In this document: piece after piece, positions 18,831-34,459 of the stretch
Numbering within the stretch: the first letter of the stretch is position 1
How the letters are laid out: each line of letters begins with the position of its first letter
From: the human T2T-CHM13v2.0 reference genome, Homo sapiens
Length of the DNA: 64,000 bases
Strand: one strand, 5' to 3'
Assembly (NCBI RefSeq): GCF_009914755.1
Contig: NC_060936.1
Translations under genes and position numbers: made by a program
Notes under the pieces: generated by a model
Databases searched by the model: none
What the model was told of the DNA's origin: nothing
The model's input: the letters and a program-made list of their open reading frames with translations, nothing else

Positions 18831-20291
18831 ATTTAGCTCCTTTTCATATTTGCCTTCCTTATAAATAACTCCTGCTTCTTCTGGTAATCTGCTTGAGGAA
18901 TGAGATCATTTCTTTGCTATTTCCTACAGTGCTAGTACATAGTAGTGTGTGCCTGGTAAACACTTATAGTGGTAGGATAGACCAGTCATACAGCCAGCTT
19001 TTGAAAGCCTGCTTAATTGACTACTACAGTTGGTGACTGGGGACTTTGAGACAGTGAGGAAATTAACACGAATTGTGTGCCTCCTCTTTGCTAGGTGCTG
19101 TGGTAGGCATAACTTTATATAGTTCCCATAATACTCCTTTAATATGTCACACTTACAGATGAAGGATTTGAATTAAGGGAAGTTAAATTTAGACTCCCTC
19201 AACATCACACAGGTTTTAAATGGCAATCCTTGGATTCCAATTCCAGGTCTACCTGACTCCAAACTTTTTCATTATACCATGTGGTCTCCCTTCCCTAGTC
19301 TGGTAAGTTCAAACAGAGAGCAAGCCTGTGAACCTGGAAATTGTTTAGGGCAGATGAGCAGTTGAACATTTACTTAATAGGAGACAGAGAATCGTGCTAT
19401 ATTGCCCAGGCTGGCTTTGAACTTCTAGGCTTAAGCAGTCCTCTCACCTCTGCATACCAAGTAGTTGGTAACTACAGCCTATTCCATTTTACTTAATTAT
19501 TCAAGAGGAAAAGGTAGAGATTGTGAAATGCTAATTTTATAGCAGTGAACAGGATTCCTCGAAGACACTGAGGTGTGTCGTTTGTGGATACTGATGACCT
19601 TTGGAAATACTGTGTCTACTTTTGGGTGTGACATCCTCTGTTCTTGTTTCTTTGGTACCATAAATTAGGGCCACTGGCCATGGCCAAATGGGTGCCTAAC
19701 ACAGAAGGATGAAGTGCTTTTCATTGCTTACCACAAATTCCCTTGAACCCTTTACTTCTCTGAGACTTAAGAAATGCAAGAATAAAGGGAACAGAGTTTT
19801 ATCAAAATCCTATTGTGTGCTAGGCAAACCCTAGAAGGGACATGATTATTATCTTGCTTTTACATATGAGAAAATTGAGGCTCAAAGATGTAAGATAAAT
19901 TGTCCAGATTCACACAGCTAATAAATAAGGGAGCTGAATTCAGCTTTTTCCATGCTGCCTCCATTAAAAAGTTCCTCTGTCTTGCCCTCTGGTGGGTTTC
20001 GGAGGTCCTGGGAGAAATGTTTGTATCCTCACCAAACATTGTGGTGGGTGGCATCTTACATGGGGCTTGTTCTGCACTTGCAGTTTCTTCTGCCACATGG
20101 TTTAACCAGAGCAATGATGACTGCCGTTGCCCCCTCGAGGTTAGCACTCCTCTGAGGTCACAGGGTGGGGATAAATGTTCTGAAGGAATCAGCCTTAGAA
20201 AGCACACTTTTTCTAAGTATCCCGAAGGAATCAATCACTAATGCACATCACAAAATTCTCTCCAAGTTGGGAAGATGGTTTTAGACTTTCT

Positions 20292-20602
20292 CTTTCTTTT
20301 CTTTTTTTTTTTTTTTTTTTTGAGGTGGAGTCTTGCACTCTCGTCCAGGCTGGAGTTTGGTGGCACAATCTCGGCTCACTGCAAGCTCCACCTTCCAGGT
20401 TCACGCCTTTCTCCTGCCTCAGCCTCCCAAGTAGCTGGGACTACAGGCACCCGCCACCACGCCCAGCTAATTTTTTGTATTTTTACTAGAGATGGGGTTT
20501 CACCGTGTTAGCCAGGATGGTCTCGATATCCTGACCTTGTGATGGGCCCGCCTCGGCCTCCCAAAGTGCTGGGATTACAGGCGTGAGCCACCGTGCCCGG
20601 CC
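20292..20602 (-). mobile_element. AluY-like
   Basis: Alu dimer with polyT; TSD agactttc. Confidence 0.9.
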
Positions 20603-20743
20603 AGACTTTCCCTTTCTTTAAGAAGAGAAGGGAGTGCCTTTGAGAACTAGAGTTTAAGTAAAGGATACACATAGCTTAAGTGCTTTTATCTTTGAAATAT
20701 ACTATGACCAATAGACTCGAAAATTTCTTATTGTTTTTGGGGG

Positions 20744-21112
20744 TATCATAGTCAATTTGGGCTGCTATAACAGAATACCATAAACCGGGTGGCTTAAACA
20801 GCAAGCATTTATCTCTGATAGTTCTGGTGGCTGGGAAATCCAAGGTCAAAGTGCCGGCAGATTTGCCTCTGCCGAGGACCTGCTCCCTGGTTTGCAGATG
20901 GCTATCTTCTTGCTGTGGCCTCACATGGCTGGGAACAGAAAGAGTGAGGGGAGGCTCTCACATCTCTTCTTCTAGTGACACTAGTCCCATTCATGAAGCC
21001 TCTATACTCATGATCTACTCACCCACTAAGGTCCCCACCTCCTAATACCATTACACTGGGGATTAGGATTTCAACATAGGAAATTTGGGGGAACACAAAC
21101 ATTCAGTCCATA
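20744..21112 (-). mobile_element. MaLR solo LTR (MLT1A-like)
   Basis: gggctgctataacagaataccataaaccgggtggcttaaac...ggctgggaaatccaaggtcaa...ggggaacacaaacattcagtccata. Confidence 0.8.
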
Positions 21113-22109
21113 CGGGGGAATTTTCTTTTTTCAGAATCTGTTGTTTAATTATACCTTCACAGTAACTTTTGTCAAAGTTATATTTAATTTCTACTTCCTG
21201 GATTCTGTAGCAGTAAATGGAGCTCGTTATGTGTCCCAATATTTGTAATACTGATTTCTAGTCCTAGAAGTATCTAAGCCTCTCAGAGTTAAGGAATTCG
21301 GTTTGGTAATAGGCTAAGCTAATAGCCATATGGCTCTGCACTGTGCTATAGAGAAACTGTGGGTTTCCCCCCACCTGACATCTCAGAATGAAAAAGATCA
21401 CTCTGCAGAATATTTCCCACACTTCTAACCCTGATGATTTTTCCACTCAACATTTTACACAAAGAGGTAGGTACAGATGGTAGTTTGCTGGATCTCTGGA
21501 ATATTCAGTCTTGGTCTTCACTCACTCCCTGGAGCCTACTCCTCATTTTTGTATAAGCAAAGTGGTTTAAACAGGATCTTAGGAAATATCTCCAGTATTT
21601 ACCATTTGCAAACCTAACCCTTAATATATGGAATCTGTTAGATCAGGTTTTTAACTCAGTAAACATCTTTGGGTGCATCCCCGTATTAAACTAAAGAAGT
21701 AGAAAACTGAAGGCAATGGCCCTGTTGCTTAACTGTAAGGAACATGTAATTTAGAAACTTCTTCTCTTTAACATGGAAAACTAACCATAAGTATGTGGAT
21801 CAACGTTCTTCTTTATGGAGTATTAGGAGTGAAGTGTCATGATGTTATGGTGTTTTTAACGGCTCAGCAAAAGAAAAAAAATTATATAGTGAGATGAAGT
21901 AGATATGACAAAATATTAGTTATTGAATCTAGGTGGTGGGTATTTGGGTATACATTTTTCCCCTACTTTTCTACATTTAAAAATTTTCATAATAAAGGGT
22001 AAAGCAGAAAAATCCTAAGTGTAAAAAACATTTATAAAACTATACAAAAAATAATTTCAAGGTTCATTCTCTATTAATGGTATTGGAGTTGGTAGGAAAT
22101 AATTAAAAT

Positions 22110-22260
22110 AGGAGTATAAATCCAGAAGCCCGCAGAGGCCAGGCAGGTAATGTGGGTGAGTGGAGCTGCCGGGCATTGGACAGGAGGGAGATGGTGGGGA
22201 CTGAGCAAACAGGCAAGTGCACAACTCATTGAAAGCATTCCAAAAATTTAAAAAATCTTA
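22110..22260. mobile_element. hAT-Charlie MITE fragment (MER102-like)
   Basis: gaggccaggcaggtaatgtgggtgagtgg...ggtggggactg motif recalled from the MER102 family. Confidence 0.4.
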
Positions 22261-23195
22261 ATGCTCATTCAGAATGAAACACTTCAGAGGACTGGAAGTT
22301 TGTGGTCTCCTAAAAATGACAAAATTTACCGTCTCTAAATTTGCCCAGCTTTCTGTCCTTCTCCCTCTTTTCAGAAGATCCAGGAGAGGCGTAGCTATCA
22401 ATACGAGAGGGAGATGGTTTCCTGGCACAAGAGGGTGATGGGAAAACATTGTGTTCAATGCCTCTAGAATTTGCCTGGGTTGCCACAACTTTGTTGCTTC
22501 AGGAATGGAAAATGTGGCCCATCTTCTTATTTTCTCTGTCCTGTCTTGCTCCTGCTATGACCCGGGGCAGGATTTGCGGTGGGTTTATGGAGATTCCTAT
22601 GAGTCAAGGAAGCACATTCTGAGGATAGAGTCATGCACCTGGGTTTTGTTTTTAGATGGTTAGAGGGAGGCTGCAATTGTGATTTATAAGAATGACTTAA
22701 AGTGTAATTCCTTTGATTTTGAAGTTGGCTAGGCAACTTAATTTGAACATCCTAGTGTGCCTATTAGACCTGGCAACCTTCTCAAAATCCCCCTCCTACT
22801 TCCCTCGTTTCCCTCACCCTCCACCTTTTTCTCAAGAGGTAGAAGTGAGAGTTTTGTTTTGTGAGCTAAGGTTGGGTTCTGGGCCCTCTGCTTCAGCCAC
22901 CTGGCAGCTTGGGCTGGCCCTGTAGCCTTCCTCCACTTCATTCTGCGATTCAGGCTCCCAATAGTCTTCTGAAGCACCGGAGAGCTTCCTCATGCACCTT
23001 AGAAGAGCAGATTCAGACTGAGACAAGGACTCGCTCTTAGGCATATATGCAGCCTACAGAGATCCTGGGAAGCCTTTTTCCTCCTAATATCTTCCTAGAC
23101 TTATGCTTTCCTTGGAATTCCAGCAATAGAACTGCATACTCGTACCCTAATCAAGAACCTTTTATGTACTAGGTGCTCTACTAGACATGAGATAA

Positions 23196-23581
<386 letters not shown>

Positions 23582-23749
23582 GATAAAATGTTTTAAGATG
23601 TGTTCGGCCATATGAACTTTGGTGAGAATTAAAGATGAGGTTTTTACTTATGGAGTAGGGGGCACTTGGGATGGGTGAAGAAGGGAGAACTGCCCTGAAG
23701 TTCTTACTCATAGATGAGGAAAAACCTCAGCTTTTTGTTAAAATGAGTT

Positions 23750-24530
23750 TATTTATTTAAAAAATATTTAAGGGGGAAATGCATTCATTTGGTTAAAAAA
23801 AGTTCTGTTAAAAGTATACTATGAAATTCCCCCTCTTTACCCCTTGCCTCCATCTAATTCTTATATATCATTTCAGAGTTTATTTATGTAAATATAAGTA
23901 AATCTGAACATATACTCTTGTTTACTTGCACCCCAACCCCCATTTTTATGCAATGATAGCACACTCTATGCATCTATATACCTTTTAAAAATTTTATCTT
24001 ATGGAGGTTTTTTTCCATGTAAGTACATAGAGAGCGCCCTCATTCTTTTCTTTGTTCATGTAATACTATTTATAGATATACCCTGATTTAATTAACAGGC
24101 CCTCTATTCAGGGACATTGTGGTGTTTGCTGACCTTTGCTGTTACAGTCACTGCTGCAATGAATACTCTTGTATATACATCATTTAGCTTGTGTGCTACT
24201 GTGTGTGTAAATTCCTAGTGGTGAAGCTGTTGCATCAGAGGCTATGCATTTGTAATTTTGTTATCCATGCCAAATTGCCCTCCTCCATAGGGTGTTAACA
24301 ACTTACACACTAAGCAGCAAAACCTCTTTCCTCACAGCTCCACCTACAAAGTATTTTTCATGCTTTTCGTTTTTACCAATTTGACAGGTGAAAAATGGGC
24401 TTGTGGTAAAGTTTCAATTTGTTTTTCTTATTATAAGTGAGGTTGTGCATCTTTTCTTATAGTTGAGGTATTGGTATTTCCTTTTCTGTGAAATATCTTT
24501 TCATAACTTTTGTTCATCTTTCTTTTGCTA
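23750..24530 (-). mobile_element. Highly diverged L1M(E) 3' fragment
   Basis: Degenerate L1M 3' UTR/ORF2-end motifs. Confidence 0.55.
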
Positions 24531-24533
24531 ATT

Positions 24534-25193
<660 letters not shown>

Positions 25194-25594
25194 TGAGTTA
25201 TCACAATAGGAGGAAAAAGGCTTCCTGGGGTCTCTGCAGGTTTTTTATTTTCCTCAGATTTTGGGTATTCTTTTTGTATTTTAAATTTTAACTTGTGTTT
25301 GTTGTCATGAGGAGTCTTGGTTTTTGTATTGTTGAATTTATCAGTGTTTCCTTTATGGCTTTTGCATTATCCTGGTCCACTGTTAATGGCACAAAATCGT
25401 TCATTCCTTTTTCCATGGTGCCTCCTTCCTCTTTTCCTCTTTCAATTTCGGATTGACAGCAAAATGCTTTTGGTATCTTCTCCCAAGTTTGCGTTCCTGG
25501 AAATGTATTTCTTGTCAGTGATAGGGTAGCCCTTGATAGTTTTGTTAGGAGATTTTAGTGGTCTGTAGCATTCCCATTTTCTTGGTACAGGGAC

Positions 25595-26792
25595 TCTGGG
25601 AAACTGACAGTTTCTTATAAAACTAATCATGCAATTACCATATGACCCAGCAATTGCATTCTTGGGCATTTATCCCAGAGAAATGAAAACTTATGTTTAC
25701 ACAAAAACCTGTACATGACTGCTCACAGCAGACTTGTTTGTAATAGCCCCAAACTGGAAACAGTCCAAATGTCCTCCAATGGGTGAATGGTTTAACAAAC
25801 TCTGATACATATATACCATGGAATACTACTCAGAAATAAAAAAAGAATTAACCATTGATATATCAACAACATAGACACATCTCTAAAGTTTTATGTTGGG
25901 CAACTAAAAAGATTCAATCCTAAAAGCTTACATCATGTATTATTTCATTTATATAACACTTTTGAAAGGACAAAATTTTAGAAATGTTGAATGGATTAAT
26001 GGTTGCCAGTGTTTTAAAGATGGAAAGGGGGATGAGAGAAAGAGTGGGGTAGGTATAGTTACAAAAGCAGCACAAGAACTCTTTGTGGTGATGGAACTTT
26101 TCAGCATCTGACCATGGTGATGAATACATGAACTTGTGTATAGGAAAAAAAACTAAATACAGACACAAATCAGTGCAAATAAAATGAGGAAATCTGGGCC
26201 GGGCACGGTGGCTCATGCCTGTAATCCCAGCACTTTGGAAGGCTGAGGCAGCTGGATCACCTTAGGTCAAGAGTTTGAGATCAGCCTGGCCAACATGGTG
26301 AAACCCTGTCTCTACTAAAAAATGCAAAAATTAGGCAGGAATGGTGGCACATGCCTGTAATCCCAGCTACTCAGGGGCCTTGTTCAATTGCTTGAACAAG
26401 GTTTCAGTGAGCTGAGGAGATCATTCCACTGTGCTCCAGCCTGGAAGACAGAGCGAGACTGTGTCTCAAAAAAAAAAAAAAAAAAAAAAAAAAATGGAAA
26501 TCTGCCCGGGTGCAGCGGCATACTCCTGTAGTCCCAGCTACTTGGGAAGCCAAGGTGGGAGGATCTCTTGAGCTTAGGAGTTTGAGGCCAGCCTCAGCAA
26601 TAGAGGGAGATACCATCTCTAAACCAAAAAAGGGAGGGATGGGTAGGATCTGAATAAGGTCAGATTATATCTATGTCAATATCCTGGTTGTGATATTGTA
26701 CCATAGTTTTACAAGATGTTTCCATTGAGGGAAATTGGGTAAAGGGGACACGGGATCCTATACATAGGATCTCAATAAAAATTTCAATTAAA
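25595..26792 (+). mobile_element. L1MC/MB-like 3' fragment in sense orientation, containing an AluS (26197-26493) and a monomeric Alu/FLAM (~26503-26630)
   Basis: accatatgacccagcaattgcattcttgggcatttatcccagagaaatgaaaacttatg... L1M 3' end; Alu TSD aaaatg(a)ggaaatctg. Confidence 0.75.
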
Positions 26793-27177
26793 AAATTCCC
26801 AATTTCTGCTAATACTGGATTCACCAAAACATACTGCCTGGAAGCAGGTTCAGGTCAAGTAACTGGTGCTCTCCTGTGTTAGGACTTGTAGTGCAGCAGC
26901 TGAGCAGTGGAATGTGGAGGAGCCTAGCAGTGCCTCGGGTTCCAGCCCTGTACGCTGCTCTGTCTCAGAAGATCTGAGAGCATCGACCAGCATTTCCCAG
27001 GATTCTCTGGGACAACCTAGCTGGGTAGCCCTTCATACAGCCTGTCTGGAGGGAAAGAATACTGGCTTCAGCTCTAATATATCAGAACAGTGTGGTGTGG
27101 ATGTTGGTGGTTGGGGACAGTGAGGGGTGGACATTGGTGGTTGGGGTCAGTGAGGAAGGGTTCCCAAGATGAGCTTT

Positions 27178-27449
27178 GGCCAGGTGAGGTGGCTTACACT
27201 GAGGCGGGAGGATCGCTTGAGCCCAGAAGTTCGAGACCAACCTGGGCAGCAAAACCCTGTCTCTACTAAAAATACAAAAACTAGCTGGCTGTGGTAACAA
27301 GTGCCTGTGGCCTCAGCTACTCTGGAGGCTGAGGTAGGAAGATTGCTTGGGTCCAGGAGGTCGAGGTTGCAGTGAGCTAAGATCACGCCACTGCACTCCA
27401 GATGGGCAACAGAGCAAGACTCTGTCTCAAAAAAAAAAAAAAAAAAAAA
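27178..27449 (+). mobile_element. AluJ-like, sense, with small deletions
   Basis: Alu dimer with A tail. Confidence 0.87.
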
Positions 27450-27559
27450 GCTTTGCTGTGCCCTGCACGTGACCTACTGTCATATGTATTCTGTGTTCCT
27501 TGTGCTGTAGCATTGGCTCTGCTGTGAGACAGAATGGTCTGGCATGTGGTAGGGCGATC

Positions 27560-28012
27560 ACTGGGATCCCCAAGACCCTGCTAGGGAATCTCTGAGGTCA
27601 AAACTATGTTTGTAATAATACTTAGACATTATTTGCAAAACATGCTCATTCTCTTACAGAAGTGTCCAGTGGAGTTTTCCAGAGGCTAAATGATGTGAAA
27701 TAGCAACAGATTAAATGCAGAAGCAGCTATGATATTCCAGCTGTTTTCTATTAAGGCAGACATTAAAAAGACATTAATAAAAATAAACCAGTGGCATCAT
27801 TTCACTTTTTTGGTTTGGAAGAATATTTTCCTTAAAATGTTATTTTTGTTAATGTATAAAGGGGTTATCATTATATTTAAATGATTTAATATTTAAGAAT
27901 GTTCTCAGTTTTAATTTTTATAGGTGAATATCAAAAGATAAAACTCACATAAAAGCTCTTTGGGGTCCTTGGTAATTTTTGAGAGTGTAGAGGTTCTGAT
28001 AATTGAGAACTG
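27560..28012. mobile_element. hAT-Charlie DNA transposon fragment (MER119/Charlie1-like)
   Basis: cccaagaccct...gaggtcaaaactat...cagtggagttttccagaggct...gcagaagcag...ccagctg...gagaactgttg motif. Confidence 0.6.
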
Positions 28013-28439
28013 TTGATTTGGCAGAAAGCAATAGGCTTAATTTCTAGACTGGGCTTTGCTTTGTGAATGTGGGCATCATTTGGCCTCTTCAATTGATTTC
28101 TTCTCCTGCAAATGCTATTAATTGCCCTGCTACATACCTATAAAAATATAATCCCCTATGCAAATACAGGGGAGATTAATGGTTACCTGGCTAAGCTGGT
28201 GTTGAAAGAAAATGTAAAGAATGAGTTTCTGGCCTGTTAGCTGACAGTCTGTTTACTTGTTAAATGTCTCCATTTTAGCATCTCCTAGCAGTTTCTGTAT
28301 ACATTTGATTTCTTTTTCTCAGTTTTTCAGACAACCATTTTAATTATTTTTAAAAATTATATTCCCACATTTTCAATTAATAAGGGATTTATATTCCTAG
28401 TACCTTGAAGTGATGTGATAAGGTCAGGAGCTCTGTTCT

Positions 28440-28625
28440 TGGAGAAACCACTTACTAGCTATGTGACGTTTGGAAAGTTACTTAACTTCTCTGTGTCTTG
28501 GCTTCCTCCTGTGTAAATGGAGCTAATAATACCTCACTTTCCAGGGCAGCTGTGAATACGAAAAATCGTGCACAAGAAGCACTTAGCAAAAGTGCTTGGC
28601 ACATAACAGATGCCCCATAAATAAT
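28440..28625 (+). mobile_element. MIR
   Basis: ccacttactagctatgtgac...gttacttaacttctctgtgtcttggcttcctc...tgtaaatgg core. Confidence 0.7.
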
Positions 28626-28772
28626 AATTGCAACGATTGTCATTAACATATAACAAAAGATGCAAGATTAAATTGAAGTCTTACCCTGTCTTCAGTGAAC
28701 TTGTTAAACTACTTTATTCACAAGTTTATTAGCAGTAATTTTAATTTCATTTCATTTTTTTCTCCTTTGAAG

Positions 28773-28930
28773 GGCTATTGAGTGGCCAGACTTCCCCAAC
28801 AAATGCCAAATTGGAGAAACTGGACTCTCAGCAGGTGTTGCAGCTCTGCCTCCGATATCAAGATCACCTGCATCAGTGTGCAGAGGCCGTTGCTTTTGAC
28901 CAGAATGCTTTGGTTAAACGAATCAAAGAG
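28773..28930 (+). CDS. BORCS5: BORCS5 internal coding exon (158 nt, probably exon 3), encoding (G)[52 protein letters not shown]
   Basis: Polypyrimidine tract and AG at 28771-28772, donor GAG|GTAATG at 28930/28931. The translation matches the BORCS5/LOH12CR1 protein as I recall it and joins in phase 0 to the exon at 58721. Confidence 0.96.
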
Positions 28931-30220
28931 GTAATGTGCTGCGGGAAAATAACATTGCTGACTGGTTGTTGTGATTCTCTGCAACTCTGGATGCCATCTT
29001 AAGACTTGACATTTGTCACTATTGCTTTGAGGAGATTGCTTTTTCCCAGCAGTAAAATGTGATGATGAAAAAAGTGGTCCACAGAGCTGGGCTAATTTAG
29101 AGTTTGAATTCTGATCACCACTGATTTGCTTGGCCAAGTTGCTTAACTTCTCTGTCTCAGTTTCCTCATGTGAAAAATGGGGCTAATAGTAGTAACTTAC
29201 CCCAAGGGTTGAGTGACAGATTGCTTAGTAAGTGTTAGCTATTATTAGTGCATGTAAAGTCCTGCCATACTAATTTGCTCTAGCCACCATTCTGTCTTTG
29301 AATTGACTTTAATTGTTTCCTGTGTATAATTTATATTTTGTTTCCCAGTAGATTAAAATTTCTTTCAAAGCAGGAGCTTTGATACGAAAAGCTCCAGTGA
29401 TTCTTAATGGTTTTATGGAAACAATTACGCCTATTTAACCCGCAAAGTTTTTAAAGGAAAGAAGCAATGTAATTCATGTGAAAGTACTTAGTAAACTGAA
29501 GCACATGATGCAAATGTTGTGTAATTATCAATCTCAGTAAATAGGTACTTCCTTTAAGCACTTAAATGTATCATTGACCAGCTGCTGCACAGCACAGTTC
29601 TAGGGGCATAAAGGAATAAGTAAGTACATTTTCCAAAGTTTCCAGTCAAGAAAAACTTTATATTCCTGATACCTTGATGTACTGTAATATCAAGGAAATG
29701 TTAGGAGCTGTTTACTGGAGAAACCACTTCTGTGAATGGCACTCCCAGATTTGTTTAACAAAGTGGCCCTTTAACTCTGGTGAGAGAAGAAGATGGACAT
29801 GGAGAAACAAGTGATGGAGCAAGAATCACTGCAGATTAACAATTTGTATTTAGCAATGGAGGTAGTGTATCCTTGAGATTACAAAGCAGTCATTAGTTAT
29901 ATTGACAGATTTAAATTTGCCAACACCTCCAACATTTTAGTGCTTAGCTTTCATAAAATGTTGCATGCATATACTCTTCTCTCATGGGTTAAATACTATT
30001 ATTTGGAAAACTATTAAACATGACCTTTGATATTGCTTTTCATTGATGTGGCTTTGCAAATATTATAAACTTATTTTACTATATTATGGTCTACCAAGCT
30101 TTACTTTCCAAACATGACTATTCATTGGCATCATGTGAGTTTTTTGTTTGTTTTAATACTGAGTTCTCCCCTCCTCCCAGTAAGTCTAGGTGTGGTCTGT
30201 GAATCATTATTTTAATAAGA

Positions 30221-30584
30221 TGTTATGGTTTGGCTGTGTCCCTACCCAAATCTCCTCTTGAATTGTAGCTTCCATAATTCCCACATGTCATGGGAGGGAC
30301 CCCGTGGGAGGTAATTGAGTCATGGGGGCAGGTCTTTCCCATGCTGTTCGCATGATAGTGAATAAGTCTCATGAGACCTGATAGTTTTGTAAAGGGGAGT
30401 TCCCCTACACAAGCTCTCTTGCCTGCCGCCATGTAAGATGTGACTTTGCTCCTCATTCACTTTTAGCTGTGATTGTGATGCCTCCCCAGCCATGTGGAAC
30501 TGTGAGTCAACTAAACCTCTTTCCTTTATAAATTACCCAGTCTTGGATATGTCTTTATTAGCAATGTGAGAACAGACTAATACA
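30221..30584 (+). mobile_element. THE1 solo LTR (MaLR)
   Basis: TG...CA ends (tgttatggtttggctgtgtccc ... cagactaataca), 364 bp, 5-bp TSD taaga/taagt. Confidence 0.92.
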
Positions 30585-30912
30585 TAAGTTTACCAAATGA
30601 TACAATGCCACCCTCTATTACCCAGGATTTGGGAACCAGTGGTCTTAAGCACTATTTCTAAAATAAGTTCTACAAAACTAGTCCCATGTAAAGAGGTCAA
30701 ACGATTTGCATATTCCCTCACCACCCCTTGGAAAGTCACAAAGCGTATTATCTCACTTAAAGTTCTTAGGAGTCTCACAATAAAGAAAGCCAGACTTTTG
30801 AAACTTAGTTGACCTCAGAACACTTATCTTAGGTAACATTTATTAATGTCCCATAAAGTAGTGATTTTAGAACATTCTTTGGGAAATGCTATTGTAGACA
30901 TAAGACTTTACC

Positions 30913-31175
30913 TTTTTAATTTTTTTAGAAACAGAGTCTTATGCTGTCACCGAGGCTGGAGTTTAGTGATACATTCATAGCTCGTTGCAACCTCGAACTG
31001 CTGGGCAGAAGCGATTCTCCAACCTCAGCTTCCTGAGTAGCTTAGGACTACAGGTGTATGCCATCACGCCTGGCTATGTTGCCTAGGATGTTTTCAAACT
31101 CCTCAGCTCAAGCGATCCTCCCGCCTCAGCCTCCCAAAGCACTGGGATTACAGGTGTGAGCCACTGCCCCTAGCC
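30913..31175 (-). mobile_element. AluJ-like, antisense
   Basis: Alu with the central A-rich linker deleted; TSD-like agact(t/c)tacc. Confidence 0.85.
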
Positions 31176-31254
31176 AGACTCTACCATTTTTTACAGTTGT
31201 GCTAGAAGTTAATTAACTATGACATTAACTCTCAGAGAGGAGATCTTAGAATTA

Positions 31255-31557
<303 letters not shown>

Positions 31558-32484
31558 CCTCTAATCCATATCTGTTGTTTTGCAGTTTAGTAAAGTGTGG
31601 TACAGAGAGATTAACTGACTAGCTCTATATCAGAGAGCTGGGGAAAGTGTTTTGTAGCTGGAAGTACCAGACAGAGCTTCTCATTATAGCACATTTTCAA
31701 GACTTCAGAGCAGTGTTTGTCAGCCCTGGTTACATGTTAAAATTACTCGGAAGTTTTTTCCTCCAATATATATGATGGGAAATTTTACACATATACTGAA
31801 GAAGACAGGGTAAAAGAAGGCGGAGTAACACAGTGAACCTTAATGTACTCATTACCAGCCACTACAATCATCAGCTTGCAAATACTCCTGTTTTATCCAT
31901 ATCCCCACTCCCTGCCACCCTCAACTGTATATTTTATAGTAAATCCCCAGACATTATTTCATTCATAAATATTTAAGTATATATCTTTAAAAGTGAAGGA
32001 TTCTTTTAAAAAATAACTTTTAAATTTGAATTAATTTTAGACTTGGAGGAAAGTCACAGAAATAATTTGAGAGTACCTATATACCCTGCCCCATGCAGCT
32101 TCCCCTAAAGTTAACACTTTACATAACCTTCGTACAATGATCAAAACCAGGAAATTAGCTTGGTACAATACTAGCAATTAAATGGAGGCCTTATTTTGAA
32201 TTTTACCAGTAATTCCACGAATGAATGACTGAGTCGTTTTGAAAGATGTAGTTATAATGCTCTTATACCTAAAATATTTAACAATGATACCTTAATTCAT
32301 TCAGCATAGCTGAGGTGCTGTTAAGAAAATACTGATGTCTGGGTCTCACTCCGAACCAATTAGATCAAAATCTTTGAAGGGTGACAGGGTTAGGGCGGTG
32401 GGATGTTGGGTATTGGTATTTATGAAGGTGCTCTAGGTGATTCTAGTATGTAACCAGGGGAGAACCAGTGTTTTGGAGCATTCA

Positions 32485-32826
<342 letters not shown>

Positions 32827-34459
32827 TCACTTTGAATAGTCAGTAATTACCCAGGATTATTGCAAAACAGAGACCAGCACTCACAGTACTGAGCAATACC
32901 TCAGCAGCGCGCTCGGGCAGAGGAGGTGAGTGCAGTTTTGGGGCTTTCATTGGTGGCGTAATGTGTCCGTCTTATCTCTGTTGGTGAGTGTTAGCAAACT
33001 CCTGAATCATATCCATCCGTCTATGTTCACCTCAGACCTAAGGGTTGAAATTAGTCACTTCCAAATGAGTAAAGCAGAGGATGTCATTTTGATCAAACAC
33101 CAACTCTCTGATATTATTCCAGATGTTTCCTGGAAATTTGGTTGGAAAGATGAGGAAGTAACATAATGCTATGTGTTGACAAGTGAGGGAACTTAATAAC
33201 CATGGAGAATATGTGTTAATGGAAGTATATAACCGGGATCAACTAGAGGTCCCTAAGATTACAGTACCTGTGATCACTTAAGTCTGGATCAAAGGGAAAC
33301 ATGGCTATAACTATTTCTGATTCAGATAAAGGAAAATCAGAGAGTTAGCTCAGCTTTCCTTATGTTAAATTTGGATGATGCTCTTGAATGAAAAGCTTAT
33401 GTTTATAGATTTGTGTATGTGAGGGAGAAGAACGGAGGTAATTTACTTTGCAATCAGGGAGTCTAGTGACATACCTTAACTACTAGTTTCTTTAATGGCG
33501 ATAGGATGACCCCTCAGCCAGCACTGTTGAGCAGCTATTGCAGACCCACCTAGTGGGGAGGTCCTTTGGGGGTTCCAGAGACATGTAACATGGTCCTTGC
33601 TCTTTGAGAGTTTAGCCTCGCTGAGGGAATGAAGATATACAGAACAGAAATATGAAAAAGGCACTGTTGAAGGGGAATGCTCATTTGTTATTTATAACTA
33701 AAGTTCTGTAAGAGTTAAAGATTGGGATATCCTGGAGCAGACGGGGTTTAAGCTAGGTCTTTGAAAAAAAAAAAAAAACCAGGATTTGGGAAATGAGAGG
33801 AAGAGGGGGGCATTGCTGCAGGGGAACAGCTTGACAGTCTTAGAAGAAAATTAACTTTGGGGCTTCAGGGACACTGAAGAAACTGGCCTGAGTTTCAGTG
33901 AGCTTGCTCAGAGAAATCTCTGCATTAAGAACCACAGAATGTTGGAATTGGAAGGACCTTAGAGACCCTCTGGTCCAGTGCTCTCATTATTCAGATGCAG
34001 AAATTAAAGGCTTTTACAGAAAGTAAGCACTTCGCCCAGGTCACACAGTGAGGTAGTGGCCAAAATTAAGTTAAAAGTGGATGAAGATCAAAGGGGATTT
34101 TTTGTTATGCAGGTGGTGCACTTGAACATGTTTACAGGATGAGGGGGAAGAGGCAGATGAGACAAGATCAAAGATGAAGGAGAAAGGGGGATTCTTAGAG
34201 CAAGATCCCTGAGGAGGCAAGAGTTGGAGCCTTGTGGGACATCTGTTCTGAGAGAACAGGGAGGACGCAGGCAAGTTTATGACAGGAGGGTCCCTGGCAC
34301 AGATCGGTCACACCCAGCAGCTTGTATCCTCTGTGGAGAAGAGGGAGGTCATTTGTTGAGTGGTCATGGTGACTGGGTACAGTAATGAGTGCCATTAGGC
34401 ATTGAGGGCTCAGCTGAGGCAGGGCAACTTGTATTTGCTCTTTGTATTTGCAGACAATT

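Noticed and set aside
28931-29002. Extension of ORF 28778-29002 (VMCCGKIT...)
   Set aside because: Read-through past the GTAATG donor into the intron.
32895-32935. Small CpG cluster followed by a strong donor-like GAG|GTGAGT
   Set aside because: No convincing upstream acceptor or promoter context; a single motif is insufficient.
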